From NCBI RefSeq assembly GCF_009914755.1, contig NC_060946.1: a DNA stretch of 64,000 nt; one strand, given 5' to 3'. The DNA is from the human T2T-CHM13v2.0 reference genome, Homo sapiens. Both the position numbers and the translations under genes were made by a program. Below the pieces are notes generated by a model. That model searched no databases. It worked only from the letters and a program-made list of their open reading frames with translations, and was not told the origin of the DNA. Below, piece by piece: positions 30,142-44,367 of this stretch. Every line of letters starts with the position of its first letter. Position 1 is the first letter of the stretch.

Positions 30142-30324
30142 CAGATAGGCGTCCTTTTGAAGGAAAAGATTATTTTTAAAATGTGTAGAGCAAGCATATG
30201 GTGGTTAGTGTTCTTGTATAAACTTTGACTTGATCTTTATTCATCGGCTTTACTGATAACTGGTTACTAAATTCTACTCCTTGAACACATACTTTTTGAG
30301 CGGTCACAAAAATAGGGCACAGTA

Positions 30325-30681
<357 letters not shown>

Positions 30682-30715
30682 CTAAATAAATGGTTCAATT
30701 ATTAACTTTCTATAG

Positions 30716-31378
30716 GTTCTCTTGCTGCAAATGGCCCTACCACCTTGGTTGATAAAGTTTCAAATCCCAAAACTAATGGGGACAGTCAGCAGCCCTCCTC
30801 CTCTGGCCTTGCTTCCAGTAAAGCTTGTGTCGGAAATGCCTATCACAAGCAGTTGGCCGCCTTGAACTGCTCCGTGCGGGATTGGATAGTGAAGCACGTG
30901 AATACAAACCCCCTCTGTGATCTGACACCTATCTTTAAAGACTATGAGAAATATTTAGCAAACATTGAACAGCAACACGGGAACAGTGGCAGGAATTCTG
31001 AAAGTGAATCTAACAAAGTGGCAGCTGAAACACAGTCTCCTTCCCTTTTTGGCTCAACAAAATTACAGCAAGAGTCAACGTTTTTGTTTCATGGCAACAA
31101 AACTGAAGATACACCTGACAAGAAGATGGAGGTGGCATCTGAAAAGAAAACGGACCCATCATCACTAGGAGCGACAAGTGCCTCATTTAATTTCGGCAAG
31201 AAAGTTGATAGCTCTGTTTTGGGCTCATTAAGCTCTGTCCCCCTGACTGGATTTTCTTTCTCCCCTGGAAACTCCAGTTTATTTGGCAAAGATACTACCC
31301 AGAGTAAACCAGTCTCTTCACCATTTCCCACTAAACCATTGGAGGGCCAAGCAGAAGGTGACAGTGGTGAATGCAAAG
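30716..31378 (+). CDS. NUP50: NUP50 exon 5 (central domain and FG region)
   Basis: tatag|GTTCT...AAAG|gtaagt; 663 nt, phase 1/1; YHKQLAALNCSVRDWIVKHVNTNPLCDLTPIFKDYEKYL, SLFG, FNFG. Confidence 0.98.
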
Positions 31379-32079
31379 GTAAGTACCAGCTTTGTCGTTG
31401 AGTCGAGGTTTGCATAAGATTCTTGTTTCTTGGGAAACCCAGAGACTTTGATTCCAAATATGAGTCTGGATTCACATTGAGACGTTGTTCTCTCCATGTG
31501 TGATCTCAGACAGAGCTAATCAGCTTCTCTGAGTTTCAGATTCCTGCTTTATAAAAGAGTAAGACTTTTGTAGGGTTGTTTAGAAGGATTAAAAATAAAA
31601 TGAATTTGAAAACACCTGACTTTGAAAAGTCTCAAACACACATGGTTTAGCATATAAAAAACAAGTGAATTAAAGACGTTTTTTGAAAATTGTGTTTTTG
31701 GAAAAGTTCATCAAGTTCATCATGAATGTCCCCTGAATTGATTTGTACTTAGGAGATCTCACTGTAAATAAAGTCATGTGGCAAAACAGTACTTGACTAT
31801 ACATTACAAATGTAGACTTTTCATAGCCATAGAGAAGAAATCAACATTGTTTTCCTCCTGTGGGTTTGGAGGCGCCTCCTTTCCAGAGCGTGGCAGTGGT
31901 GTCTAAGTGATGTTTCCTGTGTGTATCGTCAGTGCCCCAGACAAGGCACAAGGTCTGGGCCCTCCAGACCTCTGTTGTTAGCTTAAAAAGTGGGGTGATG
32001 TCATGATGCTGCTTCCTCACATGGTGGTTGTGAACAGGTGATGTCTGTGAAGACACCTACTTCTAAGCAGTTGAAAGTG

Positions 32080-32370
32080 AGGCCAGGTGAGGTGGCCCAC
32101 ACCTGTAATCCCAGCACTTCGGGAGGCCAAAGTGGAAGGCTCACCTGAGGCCAGGAGTTTGAGACCAGCCTGGGCAACATAGCAAGACCCCATCTCTACA
32201 AAAATTTTTAAAAATTAGCCAGGCCAGGTGGTGGGCGCCTGTAGTCACAGCTACTCTAGAGGCTGAGGTGGGAGTATCTCGAGCTCAGAAGTTCAAGGTT
32301 GCCATGAGCCGTGGTTGCATCACTGCACTCCAGCCTGGGCAGCACAGACCTTGCCTCAACAAAAGAAAAA
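32080..32370 (+). mobile_element. Alu (AluJ-type)
   Basis: Sense dimeric Alu. Confidence 0.88.
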
Positions 32371-32853
32371 GTGTACTTCTCAGACATATGGACATACTGA
32401 TCCTTGAGGAAGAAAACTGCATTTGCCAATTTGCCTCTGAAATATTACGGTTTTCTATCAGGAGTCTAGACTTCCATTACTGTTTTGCCTTGCCCTGCTT
32501 TCAAGTATATCCTCAGGCACGGGCCCTCTGGGCACAGGGTGAAATAAGGGTCTCCCCTTTTCTTTCTTCTCTGCCTCCCATAAATAAAACAAATGGGGAG
32601 TCTTTCCTGAGGCAGGCACTGGGGATTTGAATCGAGTCCCAGTGGAGGCAGGATGCCCCTCAGTGAGCGCCTGTTCCTTGTCCCTTGGTTATCACAGTTT
32701 AAGCATCAGAAGACTCGGGAGATTGGAGGGATAAGACGGACAGTCGTGTGACCTAATCATCTGAGCATCACAGTTGTTTTTCTTAGAATTGCTTTTTGGT
32801 GAGTTTTTATGCAACTGCCGTTCTCTTTAAGAGGATCCTTTTATATATGTGGG

Positions 32854-33168
<315 letters not shown>

Positions 33169-33760
33169 TAAATGATGGCCTAGGTCTCCCGTGTTTGGGA
33201 GACCCCGTTAGTGGGGATACCTTTGGTACCAGAGCAGTGACCCATGTGGCAATTCAGACAAAGCTTAAATTACTTACACTGGGGCTTTGGAATGATTTTT
33301 CTGACAACTTGTCCCCTGTTAAAAAAAAAAAAAGTATTTTTCTATCTTTGGCTATTACTGATACTTGTAGATGTAGTCACAGGAATATTCAGGGGTGAAG
33401 GTGTTAAAAACTCATCCGAGATGGAATTTTCCAGTGGGTAATTTGCATATAGAGTGTTGATTTTTTTTTTCTGTCATAAGCATGGAGATTTTTCCATTTT
33501 AAGGTTTTCTATATATTGGAAGTTATTTTAGAATTAAGAGGTATGTTCCCATTAAAAGGGATTCTTATTTTTCACAAAATAGTTAAAATCCTGCAGGTAC
33601 TCCCTTCTGGCATCCCCCCCCCCCATTAAGTGTGCATTTTAGTCTGTCAGTTTACATGGAGTGCTCCGGTGGAGGTTTAGGGTGTTACGTAACAAAACTT
33701 CAGTCACTTCTTTAAGCTCTGGATTGGAATCTTACTGAATTATTGTCATTTTTATAAAAG

Positions 33761-33842
33761 GTGGAGATGAAGAAGAGAATGATGAGCCACCCAAAGTAGT
33801 AGTTACCGAAGTAAAAGAAGAAGATGCTTTTTACTCCAAAAA
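33761..33842 (+). CDS. NUP50: NUP50 exon 6: GGDEEENDEPPKVVVTEVKEEDAFYSKK
   Basis: aaaag|GTGGAG...AAAA|gtaaga; 82 nt, phase 1/2; start of the Ran-binding domain. Confidence 0.95.
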
Positions 33843-34534
33843 GTAAGAATCCCCACAACCTGCTGGCGCATGTGTTTTGCAGGCATGGTGGCATGCTTCA
33901 GGCTGGAGAATGTCCTCACGGCACTTGACTGAGCTTCCAGTCTCGGGGTCAAGCTTTGCCTGCTCTTAAATCCAGTTCTAGAAATGTCCTGGTGGGCAGG
34001 TCTCACTCTTTTCTGTCACTTTAGCTCTTTTAAAGTGCTTTAGAGACAGGATCTTCCATGATCTTCCCAACCCCATCCCATCCCATCCCATTACATCCCG
34101 TCTTCTCTCCCTGTGTCTTTCTCCCTCCCCTTCCTCCTCCCCAACAAAGAAATCGCAGAGTCAGTCAGTGATTTCAGGTTTGGCCTCAGAAGGCATCTCT
34201 CATTCCTTCCTGGAGACTTGGTTGGCCTTTCTGGATTTTCTCATAGTCAAAAAGTTAAGCACAGTAACCGTCCCTTCCTGTTGAGGACTTATAAAAACTT
34301 TCATCTTCCTTTCAATTAAATGAGATTAGTTTTTACAAAGATATTTGCTGAAAAAACATTTGTGCCATTTCAGAAGCTTTCAAAGATGTGTTTTTGTAAT
34401 GCAAAAATTTCCGAATAATGAGCCAGCAGTTTTCCATGAACAGGTCACCACATCCTGTGGGATTCCCAGGTGTTAGTTTCAAGAACTTTTAAAAGAGGCC
34501 AACAATTTCTTCTGTGTTTAAATTTCATTACTCA

Positions 34535-34885
<351 letters not shown>

Positions 34886-34981
34886 ACATAAATCAATACA
34901 TGAGCCATGGTTTTGTATTAATAACCTCAGGAGATGCATAGCACAGGAGGCTGGGAAGATATTTGATTACTTTGTTATTAG

Positions 34982-35363
<382 letters not shown>

Positions 35364-35838
35364 GAGGAGAATTTTTAAAATAAGAAATAGGCCACAAAAA
35401 AAAAAGGAGGGAGAGGTGGGCGAGATAGGACAGGGTCTTTGTCCTTTATTTGTTCCTGTCTTTAGAGGACCAGATCGGCGATCTTGAGCTCAGGGCCAAA
35501 GGAGCAGAATGGTAGGGGTTGGGGGCGGGGCGGGGGGTTGGTGTTGAGCCCTGATTTTGACTGACTTGAGAACACAGTTTCAGAAAGTGTTATAAAAAGT
35601 TTCATGGGGCCCACTGTTTAATTTGAAAAAATGGGGAGGAGTTTTAAAATCTCTAAGCAGATTTTCTTATTCTGGTTTTTGCTCAGGCTCTGTTTGGATC
35701 AATTAAAGATTTATCCTGAAGCTTCCTGTACTCATTTAATAGAGATTTTCCACACAAGTGTGAAGAGTGGTTGTTAGAAAACTGTGTGACTTGATTCGTC
35801 CTTGAATGCTTGATGGTCCCTATTATTTTTCTCCATAG

Positions 35839-35957
35839 GTGTAAACTGTTTTACAAGAAAGACAATGAGTTTAAAGAGAAAGGCATAGGTACTCTGCATT
35901 TAAAACCTACAGCAAATCAGAAGACACAGCTTTTGGTGCGGGCAGACACCAATTTAG
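35839..35957 (+). CDS. NUP50: NUP50 exon 7: [39 protein letters not shown](G)
   Basis: catag|GTG...TTAG|gtgggt; 119 nt, phase 2/1; RanBD motif. Confidence 0.97.
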
Positions 35958-36889
35958 GTGGGTACCTTTTTTCAGTTGGCACAAAATCATCATCACATAG
36001 TATATAAAAGCGTTTACCCTGCTGACTCAAGGTTATTAATATGTTTTTAAACAGAGCGCATTCAGGCCAAATTCATCCTGTATTTACTTATTTATAGTTT
36101 TGAGTCCCAGGATAATAGTGTGTAAGGAAACATAAATGTGTTAGAAGCTGTAAACAAAATGATTTTTCATTTTCCTTTGTGTTAGAAATGTGACTAAGAA
36201 GCTAGAGATTAGACCATTTAATGAACACCCAAGGGAAATTAACCTTTTAAAGGAATCCTTTTTATATAGCAAGTAATGACTAACTGATTGCTGTCCATCC
36301 TCAGTTTTAACCTGAAAAGAGTCCACTGCAAGGATCCTAGTGCCCGGAGGAGGAGGAAGACGGGGCAGGCCTGCGGTGGAGCGGGCAGTAGTGGTAGAGA
36401 ACAGGGGGCTGTGTTGCAGAAACTCCAGGGAGGCATTTTTCTTTCCCGTGGGCTTGACTAGGGAGTAATAACATGGTCGTGTCACTTTTGCCCAGGGAGC
36501 TGTGCCGGCCTGTGACAGAGGTGTCCTTTGTCCGTGTGGCGCAGTGAAGACACTGGGTTGTGCCACCGTGTTCTTCCTTCAGTGCAAAGACGGACAGTGT
36601 TGAGAGGGCTGACGGTTCTGAGCGAGGCTGCTGGCTCTGAGAGAAACGCTGTGTGGGTGCAGAGACCCGGGCTGGAGGGAGGACGGAAGGCCACTCCTCA
36701 CAGTGAGGGCAAGTCCTCCCCGAGGCCTCCCAGTTCTCAGGGAACCAGTCCTGATTTTGTGCTGTCCTGTTGGCTCCCTGTCTTAGATGTATTAAGTTAT
36801 TTCAGCATTTAATGTTTAGCATATTACAGACTCCTTTGGTGGAGCTATAGCTTCTATAATTTTGATGGGTTTTGTTTGTTTGAATGCAG

Positions 36890-37092
36890 GCAACATATTG
36901 CTGAACGTTCTGATTCCACCCAATATGCCATGTACGCGAACAGGGAAGAATAACGTTCTTATCGTCTGTGTTCCAAATCCACCAATTGACGAGAAGAATG
37001 CCACCATGCCAGTCACCATGTTGATTCGGGTAAAAACCAGCGAGGATGCAGACGAGTTGCACAAAATTTTACTGGAGAAAAAGGATGCCTGA
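36890..37092 (+). CDS. NUP50: NUP50 exon 8, coding part to TGA (…ELHKILLEKKDA*)
   Basis: tgcag|GCAAC; stop 37090-37092; total CDS 1407 nt = 468 aa. Confidence 0.97.
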
Positions 37093-40000
37093 ACACGCAA
37101 AGTCGGCTGCAGAATTATTGCCAAGTTGCTGCTGCTTCCACCGCCCCTTAAAGTTAGTCAGTTTTTCTTCTCTTCTTTGACATTCTAAGAACTTATAGAT
37201 AACTTAAAACTTTTGTGAGGAAGATTAATGTGGCCAATAAAACCTTTAAATGTTAAGTGTCAAGAAACTGCACTCTCCCTTCTTAAGAACTGCCTAAAGT
37301 GTAAAATACATTTGAATGCAATTTTTGGAAGATTTTTTAATGTTCGTTTATTAAACTAACCCTAAGTGATTTCTTCAAGGACTGCAATCAGCGTATCAAT
37401 TTGCTTTCCCAAAGGCTCTTCCAACCCGTGGGTTTTGGGGTCCACCGCCACCACCAGAGAGGCTTTTGAACAGGTGCCTGGCTGTGTTCAGAAGGAAGCT
37501 GGCCTGTGTGCTTCTCTCCGGTGGGCTCAGCCGACGTGTGAGACTTGTTCTGTTACCAAATGAACCGGGCTGCCACGCTGTGACAGGCGTTTGTCCTCTG
37601 CTTTATTTTTACTTTGAAGCTCAAATGCGAGTACTAAGTGTTCACCTCAGCGTTCGAATCATTGGCCTGTAACCCTGTGGGCTGCTTCACGAGAATTCAG
37701 GACCTGCATTTTCATTCTAAAAAGAAATGAACAGCTTGTGAAGGAGTTTTTTGGCTTCATAGTTTCTATTCATGAGGTAGTGTTACTTCTTTATCCCCCT
37801 AAAGACAAAATGAAGATAAAGGGGGATTGCCAGGAATGGGTTTAAAAGCACAAATGTGGTAGCTTATCATCTACACCATGGAGAGTGAACCCTTACGAAA
37901 TGAAAGTCAAATGAGACCATCCGAGAAAAAGATGCGCATAGGCATTTGTACCATGATCAACCCCACGCACATGAAAACTGTGACCAAGTGACGTGCCTGG
38001 GAGCTTTGACACACGAGCCGTGTGAATTCACTAGGAAACATGTAATAAAGTCATGGAAGAGAAAATCGTGTGTAAATTTTGCCTTTAACTTTAGACCGCA
38101 GTATATTATAATACATTTGATATCTGAAATATCTTTACTTTTTTAAGAGTAAGATTCCATATGTCTGTCTGGAAGGGAGCCATGGTTATTCACACGAATA
38201 TCCCTGTCACTTCTCCAGAGGTGTCAGGTAACTAACACGAGCATTCTTTGAAGACTCTGGGCACATGAATGATACACAGAATTGAATGTTTAAATTTCCA
38301 CTTTGAGTCCTCATGAATCATTTGAGACTAGTACCAGCTGATCTTGTGTACAGGCTCAGGGTCAGTGCCCAAGGGCTCCCGCGTGTGTGTTCTGATCTTC
38401 AGTGCGTAGCACATTCTCCATTTAGAAAAGAGTGGTCAGAATAATTGTGGACGGTACAGTGGCTTTTTAAAACTACAGTCTTTAGGTGTAAGGTTTGGCG
38501 CCGGGAGCAATTTTATGATCAAATATGATGAACTCCTAAGTCACTGAGGTGTGATTGGGCCAATGTTGGCATGAGGTTCTTGCTCTACTTCCAGTGTTTT
38601 GATTCCACTGGGAGAATTTGGCCTAGTGTGTGGCTTTGGATGAATCCGTGTAGAGAGAGGTGAGCTTGTCCTGTTACAGATGCTGTCAGACATAGCGATA
38701 GTAGGCACCTAGGGAGGAAGTGGCCGTTAGTTTTACACTGACTTTTTAAGAATGGAGAATGCACGTGGGTTTCTGTTGCGGATGATTCATAGTAAGCAAG
38801 CGGTTGATGCTGTTAATACCGGCCCCACCCGATTGACATTAAGTTTATTCAGCTTTTAAAAAGATGAAGAACTAAGGGGAACAAATTTAAGTTTGTTGCA
38901 ACTTAGCCACACATGCTTCCCTGGTACCAGCTGGAATCAGCAGCTCACAGGCATCTTCAGGACACTTCAGTGTATATGACACAGTACTTTGTTAGCGTCT
39001 GCGTGTGTATGGAAAGTTGACAAAAAATGGCATGAAAAGATCATGATTGGATTTTCTTTTAAACCTGCCCTTCTGTAAAAAATAGTTTATATATTTTTAA
39101 ATTAGTAGGTATGTGTGGCTTCCTTTTTTCCTAACATTCCCAGCAAATTTTTGCTGCTAAGACTATCACTGTTAAAGTGAAAATTACAGGGAAAAATGTG
39201 ATGAATATACCGTAACTCAAAATGTGATATTTTCTTAAAATCACTCTTTTATGCTTTAGGAACTGGTTGGTCTCCACTTTGATTATTAGTGTAAAGAGCC
39301 TGAGTATACGTGGATTTCATTGTAAAATTTAACTCCTTGTCTTTTACTTGGGGCACGGGGCCCCTGGAGGGCTTCCCTACTTTCCCCACTATGTTAACAG
39401 GTAATTCTGATTTATGCCTTTAGTTTGACTTATTTTTAACAAAATATTAGAAGTTATGCTTTAAAATGTTTAATGTGGACTGAAATTTTCATCTTTTGTT
39501 TGAGAATCTATGAAGTGTATCATATACGTGGCCTAAAGCAAGGTGTGTATTTTGTTATTCTGAAATTGTTTTGCATCTGGACAAATACTAAATATCCCAG
39601 TGGCCTTTTTTTTTTTTTTTTAAACCTGTGTATCCATCTCATCCTTTTGCGCATTCCTAGTAAGCAAAAAAATTTGTTATGCCATCTTCATTATTCGAAT
39701 TACAGACTGAAAAAATATGGCCAGTTTTTAAAGAAGTTTAGATTATGTTTTCCATGGAAGGACAAGTCTGACTGTTCATAGGCTGATTTTCTTTAAGAGG
39801 ATTATTCTGTTTTACAATTTCAATTCTAGATCACATTTTATATATGCTGCATGCCAAAAAAAAAAAAAAGAGAAAACTGCCTTTTCTGGTGTGGAGGGGA
39901 AGAAAAACTAATATTCTACCTTACTAGTAGAGTTCAAAACAAGTTTTCACTGAGAGCCTTTTCAGTAAAAGTTAAACAAGTTTGTTTTTTGAGCATTTGT

Positions 40001-40455
40001 CAGTTATTCTATTTCAGAAGAGTCAAAATTCAAGCACGATACATTTTGAAGGCTTTGCAAACTCCTAAACCCCTGATGAGTCCTCTCATTCTGGAAGTGG
40101 GAATTTGAGTAGATACTGATTTGTCCCGTAGTATGGCAGATGACAGGGAGGTCTTTTCCAATCAGGCACTCAGAACACAGGTCACCGTATGTTCTCAGCC
40201 AGTAACAATCATACTGAGGACGAAGGACTCTCCGTTTGATGCAGACACAATTGTAATGGAGATGTAAAACTTCTTAGCAATCAGATGGATAAATTCTTTG
40301 CTTTTTACTTTAAATAGGAAATTGTTTTCTAAAACTAAAATACTTGAATTGTCAGACAGTATAATCTCAGCTTGTATTAGTTTTTGAATGCTCCCATCGA
40401 GGAAGTGTAACAATCCATGAAATGTGAATAAATGAAAAGTAAACAAAATCCCAGT
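37093..40455 (+). other. NUP50: NUP50 long 3'UTR with tandem poly(A) signals
   Basis: No recognisable repeats; AATAAA 37236, ATTAAA 37350, AATAAA 38044, AATAAA 40427 followed by a GT-rich element. Confidence 0.75.
40427..40432 (+). terminator. Distal NUP50 polyadenylation signal
   Basis: AATAAA with downstream gtgtgtgagtcttacgttcctctgtg. Confidence 0.7.
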
Positions 40456-41081
40456 GTGTGAGTCTTACGTTCCTCTGTGATGCACTTGGCGTTAATACAA
40501 GTCAGACAGACCTGAGGAAGAAGAATCAACGCAGAAGCTGCAACCGGAAACTTCCTTGAACAACAGGAAGGTCAGCTTGGAGGTGAGTGAGAGACCAGTT
40601 TATTATCAGACTCCTTGTTGGGGGCCGAGACTACTTTTAAACCATTCAGACCAAGGGTTTCTGTTGGATTAAAATCTTAACAGATTGGAATGGGAACAAT
40701 TGATCCTTAATGGGCTAGTGTGCAAAGCATTGGCTAGGTGCTTTATATGTATTACCTTGGTTAGTCCTCAAAGCAAACCTTTGAGACTTATTTTTTAACC
40801 TTTCCTATGTTACTCAGCATTTATTTGGTTTATAAGGGGTATTTTCTGGTTTAAAAAAATAATATTGCAAAGATTTAAGTTATCCATCAAAGTATTTTCC
40901 TGAACCGTTAACATCTAATAGAAACTAAATGACACTAAGAGAATGTCATCTGAAGAGGAAGATTGCACCTGAGCCGCAGCAGCCCTGTTTAGATACTCAG
41001 CTGCATGGCTGGGCTAGAACCTGGGTTCTCAGAGTGGTCCTGGGACTGACACATAAGAAGTTGATGGAAATGCAAGCCCGG

Positions 41082-41937
41082 CCGGGCCCAGTGGCCCACG
41101 CCTGTAATCCTAACACTTTGGGAGGCCGAGGTGGGTGGATCGCTTGAGCCCAGGAGTTTGAGACCAGCCTGTGCAACTGTTGGGAAAAGGGCTTGTGGGG
41201 TGCCTGTATAAACTGGCCATAAAAATACAGGACACTAAGTTGTGGAAAGCCACAAGAGGTCTCTGAGGAGGAGAGCCTCCTAATTGCCATCATGTTCCCA
41301 TGCTCAGAGTGAGACCTGCTCTCGTATCTGTAAACACTGTGTTCAAGGAGAGAGACACTCCTTTGAAACACTGGAATGCGGACAGACGTGCAGGCTCCGA
41401 GTTAAGCCCGCTCCCACCAGCTACTCTCCGATAAAGATACGCTGTTTGAGCAGCACAGAGGAGGTTCGTTGAAACCGCTGTTGCCATAGATGATGCCTGT
41501 GACGCGCCGCCGCCCTTCCACTGTTTCGCCCCGAACATCTGCTTAAATCTAAGTGATTGGACTCAATAGTGTGGAGACCAGAGCTCTGAGCCTTTTGCAG
41601 CCTCCACATTTTGCAACTGGCCCCCTGGCTCCCACCTTCACTCTTAACCTGTCTCTTCTCAATCCTTTGTCGCCACCAGACTTCGGGTACCCTACGGGTG
41701 GTGTTGAGGCTGGTCCCCAACATGCAACATAGCAAAAACCCTGGCTGTACAAAGAATACAAAATGTAGCCAGGCATGATGGCATGCACCTGTAGTCCCAG
41801 CTACTTGGGAGGCTGAGGTGGGAGGATGGTTTGATCCCAGGAGGTGGAGGCTCCAGGGAGTGAGCAGTGATCATGCCACTGTACTCCAGCCTGGGTGACA
41901 AAGCAAGACCCTATCTCAAAAAAACAAAAAAAAATCA
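41082..41937 (+). mobile_element. AluJ split by a MER9-type LTR
   Basis: Alu left arm breaks at cagcctgtgcaac and resumes tgcaacatagcaaaaaccc. Confidence 0.85.
41178..41722 (+). mobile_element. MER9(B-like) ERVK/HML-3 solo LTR
   Basis: Terminal inverted TGTTGGG...CCCAACA; perfect 6-bp TSD tgcaac (41172-41177, 41723-41728). Confidence 0.8.
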
Positions 41938-41941
41938 AACC

Positions 41942-42195
41942 CGGCTGGGCGAGGTAGCTCACGCCTGTAATTGCAGCACTTTGGGAGGCTGAGGTGGGAA
42001 GATTGCTGAGCCCAGAGTTAGAGACCAACCTGGGCAACACAGCAAGACCCTGTCTTTAGAAAAAAAAAAAATTTTTTTTTTTTAATTAGCTGGGCATGGT
42101 GGTGGAAGGAATCGCTTAAGCCCAGGAGATCCAGGCTGTAGTAAGCCGTGGTTGCGCCACTGTACTCCAATCTGGGTGACAGCAAGACCCTGTCC
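41942..42195 (+). mobile_element. Alu (AluJ-type, internally deleted)
   Basis: Sense Alu with A/T-expanded middle. Confidence 0.8.
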
Positions 42196-44075
42196 GTGCC
42201 CATCCACCCCCCCACAAAAGGCTAACCCATGGGCCCCAACTAGGCTACTGAATCAGCGCCTCAGGTTGGAGCCCATTTTTAAAAATTGAGATAGAATTCA
42301 TATAAACTGCACCCCTTTAAAGTACATGATTCAGTGGCTTTTAGTATACTCACAGTGGTGCAGCCGTCATCACTGATCCAAAGTATTTTCCTCACCGGTC
42401 TTCTGGGTTTGAACGTTGGGTTAGAGCGTGCATTAGGTGATCCTGAGGCATGCTCACATTTGGGAACCGCTGGCACATGCACTCCCGATGACTCCAAAGA
42501 TGGCCCGTGAAATACCCCTTGCACACGCCGGGAAGAAATGGCAGTAGTGATCAGCGTTGCCAGCAACTATGCCAGCCTTTGGACGTAACCTTGTCTCACT
42601 TCAACATCGTCGCGTCCCAGGAAGGAAAGTGGTGATTCTACTTGAGAAAACCCAGGCCCAGGGTTAAGTGTGTCTGAGGTGGTGCAGCTTGAGGTCCCAG
42701 CCCCACACACCTCTCCCCAGCGTGCCACGTTAAGTGAGATATACGTGCCCACTAAATTACTCAACTGCACTGGCTTCTGGAAGTGGCTAAAATCTTTTAA
42801 GCAAAATTGTTTATTCAGAGTAGCATAAAATTTGGCTAAAAGCCATGGTTATTTCAAAATGAGCAACCTAATTGTTTCATTAAAATCAGATTCCAAGAGG
42901 AAAGACCCCAGTCCACACAGAGGAAAGAACTCTCTAACCTGTTGGCTGATGGAGAGGCTAAGTCAGGGGCAATTCAGTGACACTGTAAGGAAAGAAAAGA
43001 CAACATGATCCTTTCTTTATCCCCAGAAACAAGTATTTTCTCTTCCTCATGTAAATTTTCCAGCTGTTCTTATCATTTTAACAATCAGGCACAAAGTACA
43101 GCATGTTACCACAGTCAACATGTCTATTTACAATGAACTGTGTTATTATATGGATTGAGTTACATTCCCCTCTCCTCCCAGTGTAAGATTCCCAAAGGTT
43201 TTCCTTTCCAGTTACCTTTTTTCCTTCTAAGCTAGGGCATGACAGTACTTCCTAAAAGCTCATCTAAGGCTAAAGGAACCGAAATAGCAGATTAGCCTTC
43301 CAAGAGGAGGCAATGAATAGGAATGAGGTTCCCGCAGGCAGCTTCCAAGATAGAGACTCTCCCCAAATTTCTATTAAACATTTTTCAGGTGACTGCTTTA
43401 AAAGGACTTCCCACTGTTCAACAAGAAGGGGGTTGACCTGGATGGCAAGGAAGTCTTCACCTGCTAGACCGCCTCCTTCCTAACCTCCATCTTCATGGGC
43501 TGCCTTTGGGGTTGTGGTCAGAAAATTCTCTTGGTCTGGTGTTTCTAAGGCAGTGGCTGTTCCCAAGAAGTGTCATTGATGGGATGTCCCTTACTGTATT
43601 CCGGAATGCTTGCGTTCCTCTCAGACCCTCTTTTCTCTGCCCCTCATTTTCCACTCTGTAACTTTCTGCGGTGTCTTAGGTCTTAACATCCATCGCTGGT
43701 AACTCACTAAGTCCATCTGACCGTGGAAAGGAAAAGCTCACAGTGTGAAAGGCGACGATGAGGCTGCTCCCACCTACGAGGGCCCTGCAGTAGCAGACTC
43801 GGAAGGATCAGCCGGAAAATGCGAGAGCCTGCTCGAGGTCCCCTCACCTGCTGAGCTGCAAGACAGACGCCTGCTGCAAACACCTCATCTTCCGTTAGAT
43901 CAGCCAGCTTACCTGGAGCCTGCAAAACCTGAACTTGGGGCTCCTGGCCTCTATTCCATTTTTTCCATTTCTGTGAGGGTTAAGAGGTTCTCTGAAAAAG
44001 CCTGGGAAATTTTATAGTACAACTGAAAGGGTGTGCACTACTTTGTGGAGGCTAAAAGCTTAACTTGAAATGCAT

Positions 44076-44367
44076 TTTTTTTTTTTTTTGAGATGGAGTC
44101 TCTGTCACCCAGGCTGGAGCGCAGTAGTATGAGCTTGGCTCACTGCAACCTCTGCCTCCTGGGTTGAAGCGATTCTCCTGCCTCAGCCTCCCAAGTAGCT
44201 GAGACTACAGGTGCACATCACCACGCCCGGTTAATTTTTGTATTTTTAGTAGAGATGGGGGTTTCACCATATGTTGGCCAGGCTGGTCGCGAACTCCTGA
44301 CCTCAAGTGATCTGCCCGCCTCGGCCTCCCAAAGCACTGGGATTACAGGCGTGAGCCGTGCCAGGCC
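44076..44367 (-). mobile_element. Alu (AluS-type)
   Basis: TSD ttgaaatgcat 44065-44075 and 44368-44378. Confidence 0.9.

Noticed and set aside
39606-39868. Poly(T) and poly(A) runs in the NUP50 3'UTR as a retro-insertion or true 3' end
   Set aside because: No TSD or upstream canonical signal; more likely simple runs and an internal-priming artefact source.
40195-40446. 83-aa antisense ORF at the end of the NUP50 3'UTR
   Set aside because: Non-AUG start, no recognisable homology or splice structure.
43745-44017. 90-aa acidic, protein-like ORF between the genes
   Set aside because: GTG start, weak acceptor and no recognisable homology.
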